A stretch of DNA of 22,737 nt, taken from contig CAZJUB010000015.1 of the NCBI GenBank assembly GCA_964549075.1, positions 24,687 to 47,423 of the forward strand. The letters are read 5' to 3'. Made by a program: the position numbers and the translations under genes. Origin of the DNA: an uncultured archaeon. Its GTDB lineage: Archaea; Asgardarchaeota; Heimdallarchaeia; Heimdallarchaeales; Heimdallarchaeaceae. Shown here piece after piece: positions 1 to 7,799 of the stretch (the stretch's first letter is position 1; each line of letters starts with the position of its first letter). The notes below the pieces were generated by a model. The model searched no databases and was not told where the DNA came from. It saw only the letters and a list, made by a program, of their open reading frames with translations.

Positions 1-105
1 TCTGAAGGGAAAGAGTCTGAAGGGAGAGAGTCTGAAGGGAGAGAGTCTGAAGGGAAAGAGTCTGAAGGGAGAGAGTCTGAAGGGAGAGAGTCTGAAGGGA
101 GGGAG
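1..105 (+). repeat. 15-bp tandem repeat TCTGAAGGGARAGAG, at least 7 copies (cut by window edge), in-frame coding for SEG(K/R)E
   Basis: Units start at 1, 16, 31, 46, 61, 76 and 91. The variable codon reads AAA, AGA, AGA, AAA, AGA, AGA, AGG. There are no spacers. Confidence 0.97.
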
Positions 106-810
106 CATCCTTTCTCTTACATAGAATTTCACCCGATCCAACTCTTAATTTTAAGGGATATCACAAGAGATTTTAAAACACCTATGACTGAATTACTAGA
201 AAAATATAGAAGTTATTTTTCAGAAAAAACAGAAAAAAGTGGAGTAATACCAAAATATGACGATGTTAGTTCATTTAAACTCCCTAATTATTTTAAATCC
301 TATCTACATGAATTTTTCTCAGATAAGAGAACTGAAAATGCAATCTACTTAGATTTTAAGAAAAAATATCATTTAGTTGTAGATAAACATGTTGAAAGTT
401 ATTGGTTGAGTATAAAGAGAAAGTATTTTGATTTATTTATAAGATTTGGGTACATAATAAATAACATAACAGTTGAAGAAAAACAAAGGATTTTCAACAT
501 TTTTTGTTGTGAGAAACCTCCATTTAATATATATCTTGAAGATCTTGGAAAGAACATTTTTTTAACCTTATCTTTACCTCCTTATTATCAATCAAGATTA
601 TCCTATTTAATGAAAGAACTATACGGTAAATTTTCTGTTTTTTTAATAGATAGTTTTGAATATAACGCAATAAAGTACAGATTTTTCATTGAAAATTATA
701 ATATTGAAAATCAAAAATGGCGTAGTGATAAAGAATGGATGTATGATAAAGTGGTAGAAGGAATAGAAGATAATTTGTCAAAAGAAGTGTATAGAACGGT
801 TCAAAACTAA
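1..810 (+). CDS. Hypothetical protein, 5'-partial, with SEG(K/R)E repeats followed by a possible Lrp/AsnC-like HTH segment
   Basis: Frame +1 is open from base 1 to TAA at 808-810. The track ORF 184..810 is in this frame and reads through as (SEG[K/R]E)7-HPFSYIEFHPIQLLILRDITRDFKTPMTELLEKY. The segment IQLLILRDITRDFKTPMTELL resembles an AsnC-type HTH start, which is a weak call. Confidence 0.7.
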   Translation, partial: SEGKESEGRESEGRESEGKESEGRESEGRESEGREHPFSYIEFHPIQLLILRDITRDFKTPMTELLEKYRSYFSEKTEKSGVIPKYDDVSSFKLPNYFKSYLHEFFSDKRTENAIYLDFKKKYHLVVDKHVESYWLSIKRKYFDLFIRFGYIINNITVEEKQRIFNIFCCEKPPFNIYLEDLGKNIFLTLSLPPYYQSRLSYLMKELYGKFSVFLIDSFEYNAIKYRFFIENYNIENQKWRSDKEWMYDKVVEGIEDNLSKEVYRTVQN

Positions 811-823
811 TGAGGAATAAGAA

Positions 824-1213
824 ATGGTAAAAATATATATTGTTGAAGATAATGAAGAACTACAAAAATTGTATGTTTTGAATCTGACTAATAATGGGCA
901 TACAATTATAGGACAGTCTTATAATGGGGAGGAAGCATTAATTGATTTGTTTTTCAATTATGGTACAAATACACCAGATATTTTAATTTTAGACTATAAC
1001 ATTCCAGGTAAAAATGGACTTGAACTTTTTAATGATTTAAATAATTTAGGTTTATTAACAAATACAAGCACTTTACTCATTTCTGCTAACAAAGATTTAG
1101 AAACTCAGGCTTTAGAAATTGGAATAACTAAATATATTAACAAACCGTTTTATTTTAAAAAGCTAAATGAAATAATATCTGAACTCATCAAAATACAACT
1201 TAATTTTCCATGA
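824..1213 (+). CDS. Stand-alone response regulator receiver (CheY-like) protein
   Basis: Acidic pocket IVEDN, phosphoacceptor in PDILILDYNIPGKNG, LISA and YINKPF motifs. Upstream GAGGA; starts 13 nt after the previous stop. Confidence 0.93.
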   Translation: MVKIYIVEDNEELQKLYVLNLTNNGHTIIGQSYNGEEALIDLFFNYGTNTPDILILDYNIPGKNGLELFNDLNNLGLLTNTSTLLISANKDLETQALEIGITKYINKPFYFKKLNEIISELIKIQLNFP

Positions 1214-1303
1214 AGAAATAATAGTTTAGGGAACATTTTTCTTAGTTTCAACCTTTAATATTTCTATTTAAAGGCATATAAAATTAGAAAAAATAAAGAA
1301 GCA

Positions 1304-4027
1304 TCAGGTTTCGAGTTCTTTACAAAGACTTGTTGCCTGTTTTTTCTTCTTTATTAGTTCATTGTAGAAATTCTCATATTTCTTTATAAAAATCTTAATT
1401 GCTTTATCATATGTTGAAATAGATAATTTGCAATTTTCCTCGTTTTTATCAACTTCAGCAATAATTCTGTAAGTGTCAGCTAAAATCGATGTGGTCACAG
1501 CATATTCAAATGGAAATTGTGCTTGATTTCTAACTGTTAATGAATCATTAAGAGCTACAATAGCTTGATTACAATTTGCTAGCTTCTTTTCATTACTACT
1601 AAGCTCAGCTAATATAGAGTAGGATAAACCAATATTATTGTAAATCATTGATTTTTCAGTTAATATTAAATCTAAAGAACCAGCTCTTAAAGCTCCATTA
1701 AAAGAATCAATTGCAAAGGTTGCATACATTTCTGATTCAGTAGTAAGAGCAAGATTCAAATATGCTATCCCCTGATTTACCATTGTAATAGCATATTCAA
1801 AAGGAGAATTTATCAGATCTCTACTTTTTAATGCTTCTTGGAATGCAAGAATTGTCATTTTTATATTAAGTTCTTTTTCTTCTAATTCTGATAAAGTATA
1901 GTACGCTAATCCAAGGTTATAATTTACTTGTCCATATTCATATTTAAATAACGAACTAGAATATATTTTCAATGCATCTTGATAGGATGAAATCGCATAT
2001 TTACAGTTGTTTGCCTTAGCTTCGATTTCAGATAAAGAAAGATAGAAATTACCTAAATCATTTTTTATTTGCGCAAATTGAAGTGGAAAACTTAATATCG
2101 TATATTTTTTCAGTGCACTTCTATAAGCTTTAACTGCAATTTTAATAAACTGCTTTTTCCATTTTTTAACATCAGAATCAGAAATAAAAGAATTAACATT
2201 CCAGAAGTGGGAAGAATACATACTATCAATATTAGCAATAAAGTAAGCAGCATCTCCAATATCCACAAGAACATCTGGAACATTTCTGAATATTTGTATC
2301 AAATCTGTAAAAAGTTGTGGGATATCAGGAGGGACATTAGCTCCAAAACCTAAAGCTTCTCTTAAGAAATACTTTTCTGATGGTAGTTCATAATTATCTA
2401 ACAGAAGAAGTTTGTCATTTTTCAAAGCTCCTAACCATTCTTTCCACAGATACCAACTACCTGAGAGAGATTCTGTTTTATATTCTGACTTAATAGACCA
2501 ATCTTTCGGAATTTCCTCTTTTTCTTGATTTTTCTGACTTGGTTCTAACATCTCTTTAAGCATTTGTTCTTCAGCTGAATAATCTTCAATTTTTGGTTCG
2601 ATTATTTTATCACCTATCTTTTGAATTAAGACTCCTCTCTTTTTCATAGCATGTGCAGCTACAAGCTGATAATGTCCTCCATAAACAACAAAATCTAATA
2701 TTTCGTGTATTCTTTCATCAGCTTTTCCATATAAACTTCGAATATCTTTTACAGAAGAGTTCCTTGCATAAGCTATATCAGCATATGTTAGATCTATTTC
2801 TTCTTTCAAATGCCAAACGTACCAATGTTCATCTTTAAGTAATAACGGATAAGGATTTTTTATTCTTATATAGCCAAATTTTAAAAGAAAACGGTATGCT
2901 TGACCAAATTGTACTAAATCACCACCTGCTATAAGATTATCTACAGAAATTGGATCATTTTCATCTAATAACTCAATTCTGTTAAAAAGAGTTCGTGAGT
3001 TTATTGTTATTTGTAGTAAGGGGGTTTTTTCATTTTGTAGGATATGATTTAATAAGTAATTGAAATCCTGCTTATCAACTGCAAATTCTTTGATATGATT
3101 TAGGTCTCTAATCTTAAAAATATCAACGTCACCTGGTATTGGTAATAATTCACGTTTGATTTTTTCTCCTTCTTCTTTAATTGATTCTCCTAATGAAAAA
3201 GAAGTCATACTTCTGACATCTGAAGGTACAGATTCAAGTTGAGCACGTGAATCTTTATAAGATGTTCTAAGTTGTTTTGTCGATAACTGAGGTCTTTTTA
3301 CTTCTTCTGAAATTGGTTTTAATTCAGATCTATGGTCTTTCACTTTAACTTTCATATCTTGTTTTTGTAATGTGTGTCGTTTTTCTTCTTCAGAGACCTT
3401 TTTTAATCCTGCTTTTACATCTTTAATTTCAGTTTGTAAATCTTTTTTCTGCAATACATGTTTTTTCTTTGAATCAGCTACACTAACTAAATCTGCTTTT
3501 GCATCCTTTATTGCTAATTCCAAATCTTTTTTTGAAAAGGAATGTGTCTTATCTTCATCGTGTACTGATTCTAGACTCGAAATTGCATTTAGAATAGCTG
3601 ATTTTAGATTTTCATTAGTCTGGTCTTCTTTCTTATCACTTTTTGGTGTTTTTACTAATTGTTCTTTCGCTTCTAAAATATCATTTTGTAAAGATGGTTT
3701 TTTCGATAGAAGAGATTTTTCTTCTAATGTAGCCGAAGTCAAATTTTCTAAAACATCACGAATTGTAGATTCTAAATCATTTTTTGTTGTATTTTTCTTT
3801 TTTTCTTCTTGTGATACAGGTTCTAATCTTAAAATAGCTTCTTGGATTGCACTTTGAAGACTTTTTTGTGTTTCTATGTCACCTTTTGATTTATCTGTTC
3901 CTCTTTTTTCTATAGGATTTTTCTTTTTATTTTTTAATTCTTCTTTTGAGTTTTGAATAATTGCTGCAGTAGGAGACTTTTTAGTTGAACTTGTTTTAGA
4001 TTTTGTTTTCTTTTTCTTCTTTGACAT
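1304..4027 (-). CDS. Large multidomain protein: Lys-rich N-terminus, 8 x 28-aa WH2/beta-thymosin-like repeats, sigma70-r4-like HTH, C-terminal TPR array
   Basis: Start moved to ATG 4027 (GGTGA-gaat-ATG). TPR units of the type AxxAYxxALxxxTxxxFPxxYAxxxxNLGxxYxxL lie at about 1307-2150, the HTH-like segment LTYADIAYARNSSVKDIRSLYGKADERI at about 2696-2842, and the repeats at 3188-3859. Confidence 0.88.
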   Translation of the reverse strand: MSKKKKKTKSKTSSTKKSPTAAIIQNSKEELKNKKKNPIEKRGTDKSKGDIETQKSLQSAIQEAILRLEPVSQEEKKKNTTKNDLESTIRDVLENLTSATLEEKSLLSKKPSLQNDILEAKEQLVKTPKSDKKEDQTNENLKSAILNAISSLESVHDEDKTHSFSKKDLELAIKDAKADLVSVADSKKKHVLQKKDLQTEIKDVKAGLKKVSEEEKRHTLQKQDMKVKVKDHRSELKPISEEVKRPQLSTKQLRTSYKDSRAQLESVPSDVRSMTSFSLGESIKEEGEKIKRELLPIPGDVDIFKIRDLNHIKEFAVDKQDFNYLLNHILQNEKTPLLQITINSRTLFNRIELLDENDPISVDNLIAGGDLVQFGQAYRFLLKFGYIRIKNPYPLLLKDEHWYVWHLKEEIDLTYADIAYARNSSVKDIRSLYGKADERIHEILDFVVYGGHYQLVAAHAMKKRGVLIQKIGDKIIEPKIEDYSAEEQMLKEMLEPSQKNQEKEEIPKDWSIKSEYKTESLSGSWYLWKEWLGALKNDKLLLLDNYELPSEKYFLREALGFGANVPPDIPQLFTDLIQIFRNVPDVLVDIGDAAYFIANIDSMYSSHFWNVNSFISDSDVKKWKKQFIKIAVKAYRSALKKYTILSFPLQFAQIKNDLGNFYLSLSEIEAKANNCKYAISSYQDALKIYSSSLFKYEYGQVNYNLGLAYYTLSELEEKELNIKMTILAFQEALKSRDLINSPFEYAITMVNQGIAYLNLALTTESEMYATFAIDSFNGALRAGSLDLILTEKSMIYNNIGLSYSILAELSSNEKKLANCNQAIVALNDSLTVRNQAQFPFEYAVTTSILADTYRIIAEVDKNEENCKLSISTYDKAIKIFIKKYENFYNELIKKKKQATSLCKELET
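3188..3859 (-). repeat. Eight tandem degenerate 28-aa (84-bp) protein repeats, consensus L-x3-I-x6-L-x2-V-x3-(E/D)-K
   Basis: Repeats start at track-ORF residues L76, L104, L132, L160, L188, L216, M244 and L272. The period is exactly 28 residues, with Leu at +11 and Lys/Arg at +19 in all eight. Confidence 0.9.
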
Positions 4028-4209
4028 ATTCTCACCTTGTGGAGTATTACTTGAACTTGAACTACCTCGTTTTAGAATAATCAATAAAATAGTGATTTTT
4101 ATTTTTAATATGATTTTGAAAATAAAAGGTCAAAATATAGAAAAAAATAGAAAGACAAAGTGTAAATATTTAATTTTGAAAGATATTTTTTAACATGTTT
4201 GATCAATAT

Positions 4210-5172
4210 CTACAAAGAAATTTCACTTACTTCTCTATACTCATCTTTCGGAATTTCAAATGTTTTAATTATAAATTTGATTAATTCATCTTTTGAACTT
4301 GATCTTCTTTCTTCCAGATGCTCAAAAATAAGATCAATAAGTCGCTGAGCATTTTTGTGGGAGGTATTTATTTCAGTTATTAAAGATATTACAATCTCCC
4401 CTCTCTCCTGAAACACTATTTGTCCATAGTTTGATACTATACTTGCGATTCTTTCCTCTCTAAGTGAGTTTTCTTCTTTTTCTAATACATTAGATAACAT
4501 GGTTATTATTATGTCAATATTCTCAGTTACATCAGAAAAATCAAGAAACAATTTAATATTTCCAAATGTATTTGAAATTATCAGACCTTTAGGAATGAGC
4601 AATTTATCAATAGTAATTTCCTGAATTTTCTTAGAAAACCAGTCCATTGCTTCAGGTAAGTTAAAATTTGTTTTAACACTTATTTTGAATATCTGAAAGC
4701 TAATTTTTGGATATTTACTCATTCTTTGTAATTCAAGTGATTGGATTATATCTTCAAGAGTCATGCAATCTAAATCTGCTTTGTTTGCGAGAAATGCTAC
4801 TACTATCTTGTTTTCTATTTCTAAATTATCTATCAAATACCAAAACCATTCCTTACCTTCTTTTATTCTTTCTTGATTTGAAGCATCAAATATAAAAAGA
4901 ACGCCATAGCTATTAGAAGCATAGTTTATCCAAAACTGTCGCCTTAAAACTTCATGACCTCCTAAATCAAAAAGTTTCAAACGAGTATCTCCAATCCTAT
5001 AGGTTTCGAAGTTAATACCCAAAGTAGGAACAGTATTATCAATCCATTCTCCAGTTGCAAGTCTTAAAGCTAAACTAGTTTTTCCTGCTTCATTTAATCC
5101 AATAAGAGTAACTGGTATTCCTTTTATTCCAGCATCTAAATTTACTTTGTTGTTAGTTTTGTTTATAGTCAT
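4210..5172 (-). CDS. Arf/Sar1-like small GTPase with C-terminal longin/roadblock-like domain (paralog 1)
   Basis: G1 GLNEAGKT, G2 PTLG, G3 DLGGH, G4 NKAD, G5 SVK, followed by an alpha/beta tail of about 135 aa. Confidence 0.92.
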   Translation of the reverse strand: MTINKTNNKVNLDAGIKGIPVTLIGLNEAGKTSLALRLATGEWIDNTVPTLGINFETYRIGDTRLKLFDLGGHEVLRRQFWINYASNSYGVLFIFDASNQERIKEGKEWFWYLIDNLEIENKIVVAFLANKADLDCMTLEDIIQSLELQRMSKYPKISFQIFKISVKTNFNLPEAMDWFSKKIQEITIDKLLIPKGLIISNTFGNIKLFLDFSDVTENIDIIITMLSNVLEKEENSLREERIASIVSNYGQIVFQERGEIVISLITEINTSHKNAQRLIDLIFEHLEERRSSSKDELIKFIIKTFEIPKDEYREVSEISL

Positions 5173-5201
5173 CGTTTATCTTTTCCATTTTTATTTTTGT
5201 C

Positions 5202-6533
5202 TTAATCTATAAATACAATCTCCCTGAATTTTGTTAAGTCATTCTTATCCATTCTATTAGGATATTCGTAATCTTGAATTAAATCTAAAAATCTTTTTTC
5301 TATTTTCTTGTTTGAAACAAGAAATTCTGTTTTATCTTTTGGAAAAATAACAGCAAGCAGATAATATTGATTCCTGTCCATTCTAGAATCAATTTCTGCA
5401 TCATCTCGACCAGTAAATGCAAAAATAATAGCATTAAAATTCTTCAATTTTGGAGCTGGAATTGGACCATATACTCCCTTTGCATGTCTATTTCCTTGTC
5501 CTATACTTGTATAGAATACTGTTGAAAAGTATTCGGGATATATCTTAAAATTCCTTAAATCTTCTATTACAATTTCTCCTCCAAGAGATGCAAAACGAAA
5601 TAATACAACTCCTACACTATCATCATTTGCTATTGTTCTTCTTATATTTACTATTTTTTCCTTCTGCTTTATATTATAACTATCATCAGTAAGGGTAATT
5701 ATGTGTGTAATTTCATCATCTTCTGTTACTTGTACAATAGAAACTAGACAAGGGAATTCAAAGTTATCTTTCCGTCTGATATTAAAGATTCTACCTTCTA
5801 TTGGTCGATTTTCAAAGATTACAAAAGTAAAATCTGGGAAAATATGGTTTATTATAATATCAGATTCATGAAGTTCAGCTAAAGAGTATCCTGTCATCAT
5901 TTCAAACATTTGATTTGCAAATTGGATCTTTCCTTTTGAATTAACTGAAGCAATACCTGAGGGATTACAATTCAAAATTCTAGTAGTTTCTTTGTTATTA
6001 AATTCTAATTGTTCAAATAAAATTGCGTTTCTAATCGATAGCACTATAACAGCATTTATTTTTTCTATATTTTTCTTAATTTTCTTCAATTCAATAATAG
6101 AATTTCCTAACGGTATTTCAATTATGTAACCATATAATTTTGAAATTTTGAAAGGAAAATAGAAAGTAAGAATATTTTTCCTTTGAAAAATGGATCTTTT
6201 TCTAATACAAGGTTTTGTTATATTTCTCAACCTTTGAATTAATTTTTCTAGTACAATAATTTTTGTTTTTATTTCTTCTTCTAGCCAAAAAGATTGGATA
6301 ATATCATTATTGTAATCAAAAAAATAGAAACTCAGTTTCTGATTTTTGTAGATTTTATATAAATTAGCTAGAATAATTTTAACAATATCAGAAAGAGATA
6401 ATTTTTCTCGTAGTTCTTGTGCAAGATTTATAGTTGTATTTAAGAAATAATTCTCTTCATATAAGTTATCATCATTTTTTATATTTTCCTTCATTTTAAT
6501 CAATTGATTTGAAAAGTTTTTTATGTTTCCCAA
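5202..6533 (-). CDS. Sensor protein: GAF-like N-terminal region, PAS domain, uncharacterised C-terminal alpha/beta domain
   Basis: The ...SIRNAILFEQL helix is typical of a GAF end. PAS reads ILNCNPSGIASVNSKGKIQFANQMFEMMTGYSLAEL...RRKDNFEFPCLVSI. The start is either TTG 6533 (overlapping the upstream GTPase stop) or ATG 6494. Confidence 0.85.
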   Translation of the reverse strand: MGNIKNFSNQLIKMKENIKNDDNLYEENYFLNTTINLAQELREKLSLSDIVKIILANLYKIYKNQKLSFYFFDYNNDIIQSFWLEEEIKTKIIVLEKLIQRLRNITKPCIRKRSIFQRKNILTFYFPFKISKLYGYIIEIPLGNSIIELKKIKKNIEKINAVIVLSIRNAILFEQLEFNNKETTRILNCNPSGIASVNSKGKIQFANQMFEMMTGYSLAELHESDIIINHIFPDFTFVIFENRPIEGRIFNIRRKDNFEFPCLVSIVQVTEDDEITHIITLTDDSYNIKQKEKIVNIRRTIANDDSVGVVLFRFASLGGEIVIEDLRNFKIYPEYFSTVFYTSIGQGNRHAKGVYGPIPAPKLKNFNAIIFAFTGRDDAEIDSRMDRNQYYLLAVIFPKDKTEFLVSNKKIEKRFLDLIQDYEYPNRMDKNDLTKFREIVFID

Positions 6534-7420
6534 ACAATATCTTTAACTTGATTAAGGAGAAATTCTTTATCTACCTTTAAATCATGATTAATTCGAGAGA
6601 GAGAGTTAAAAAACAAAGACAAACCTATTTCTCTTGCCAAACTATGTGGATCATCTTTATCAACATATATTACAGCTCTATAATCGCCTTTTTTTAGGAT
6701 ATGTGCTGTATATCCCTCAATATTAATATGAGGTAAAGAATCAATCATCTTTAAAGAGTGTGTTCGGAAAATTCCCATAATTTTCTCTATGTCTTTTTCA
6801 TTTTCTTCAGAAGCTAGATTTTCACGAATTATAGATTCTATCCTATCATCATAAATTTCAAAACCATGTACGTGAACGAATTTCTTTGAATCAATTCGAT
6901 TTCTGATAGATTTAGCTAACCAATTCCAACAATCTTCAATATTTTCTCCAGTTTTACTGGATGTTTCAAAGATTCTGAAGCTTTTCAGTGGAGATTCACT
7001 AAATTTAGATAGCTCTAAACCTTCTATTATATCGTCTAATGACATTGAAGGGAGTATATCAGATTTATTAGCAAAAAAGGCAAAGTTTGCATCTTTGGGT
7101 ACCCATTTTTCAACTTTCCATAACCATTCTTTTGCCAAATTGATTCTTTTTGCATCAGATCTATCAAATATAAAGATACATCCATGGCATGAAGTAACAA
7201 AGTTTTCCCAAAAAGTTGTTCGAAAAGCTTCATGTCCTCCTAAATCCACAATGTCAAAACGAAAATCATCTCGTTCTAAAAATGAAAGATCATATCCTAT
7301 TGTTGGATGAAAATCTGGTTTAAACTCACCTGTTTTCAACCTATGAATGAATGTTGTTTTTCCTGCATTATCTAATCCTGTTATTGCTATTAATGGATTT
7401 ATCTTTCTTTTTATACTCAT
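6521..7420 (-). CDS. Arf/Sar1-like small GTPase with C-terminal longin/roadblock-like domain (paralog 2)
   Basis: G1 GLDNAGKT (canonical Arf type), PTIG, DLGGH, NKSD, SSK. RBS GGTGA-tagt-ATG. Confidence 0.93.
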   Translation of the reverse strand: MSIKRKINPLIAITGLDNAGKTTFIHRLKTGEFKPDFHPTIGYDLSFLERDDFRFDIVDLGGHEAFRTTFWENFVTSCHGCIFIFDRSDAKRINLAKEWLWKVEKWVPKDANFAFFANKSDILPSMSLDDIIEGLELSKFSESPLKSFRIFETSSKTGENIEDCWNWLAKSIRNRIDSKKFVHVHGFEIYDDRIESIIRENLASEENEKDIEKIMGIFRTHSLKMIDSLPHINIEGYTAHILKKGDYRAVIYVDKDDPHSLAREIGLSLFFNSLSRINHDLKVDKEFLLNQVKDIVWET

Positions 7421-7486
7421 ACTATCACCAACATATTATAATCTATTTTGTAACTAAAATTGAATTATTATTATAATTTAGAAATG

Positions 7487-7516
7487 ATTATGAAAAAATA
7501 TAGAAAAAAATGTAAA
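7487..7516 (-). promoter_or_regulatory. Candidate shared upstream element TTTACAT(T/A)TTTTTCTAT..TTTTCA(T/A)AAT
   Basis: By manual alignment it matches 12620-12650 at 26 of 31 positions. A related copy lies at about 4113-4153. It ends about 67 nt before the paralog 2 start. Low complexity weakens the call. Confidence 0.3.
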
Positions 7517-7799
7517 GATTAGATTGAAGTTTCGAAAGCGAGATTTAATTTTTCAACGAAAAGAGAAGAATCAAAAGAAACACATCAATTATTGCTGGAA
7601 TCATTTATTTAATAAAGTTTTATTTAAACTATATAATAAAAACATAAAATTATACAACTGTTTTTTTGTTTATTTAGCGTGTTTGCAGTTTGAGAAAACT
7701 TTATTAAAAATAAATTTTAAACCATATATACAGGGTTTGCTAAATCATTTGTAGTTAGAGGGAATTTCATGTGGTCACAAGGTTTGGAGGGGGTATGAA

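Noticed and set aside
1-105. CRISPR array or telomere-like interpretation of the 15-bp repeat
   Set aside because: Units are head-to-tail with no spacers, too short for CRISPR repeats, have no cas genes nearby, and lie in an open coding frame.
3372-3857. 161-aa plus-strand ORF opposite the 28-aa repeats
   Set aside because: It is a Phe/Ser-rich antisense shadow of a Lys/Glu-rich coding strand, with no RBS or recognisable motif.
3977-4027. NLS-like KKKKK stretch at the N-terminus of the repeat/TPR protein
   Set aside because: Lys runs are common in AT-rich genomes and the host is a prokaryote; it is kept only as a basic tail.
7524-7754. 76-aa ORF in the divergent intergenic region
   Set aside because: Its composition is that of AT-rich promoter DNA; TTG start, no RBS or motif.
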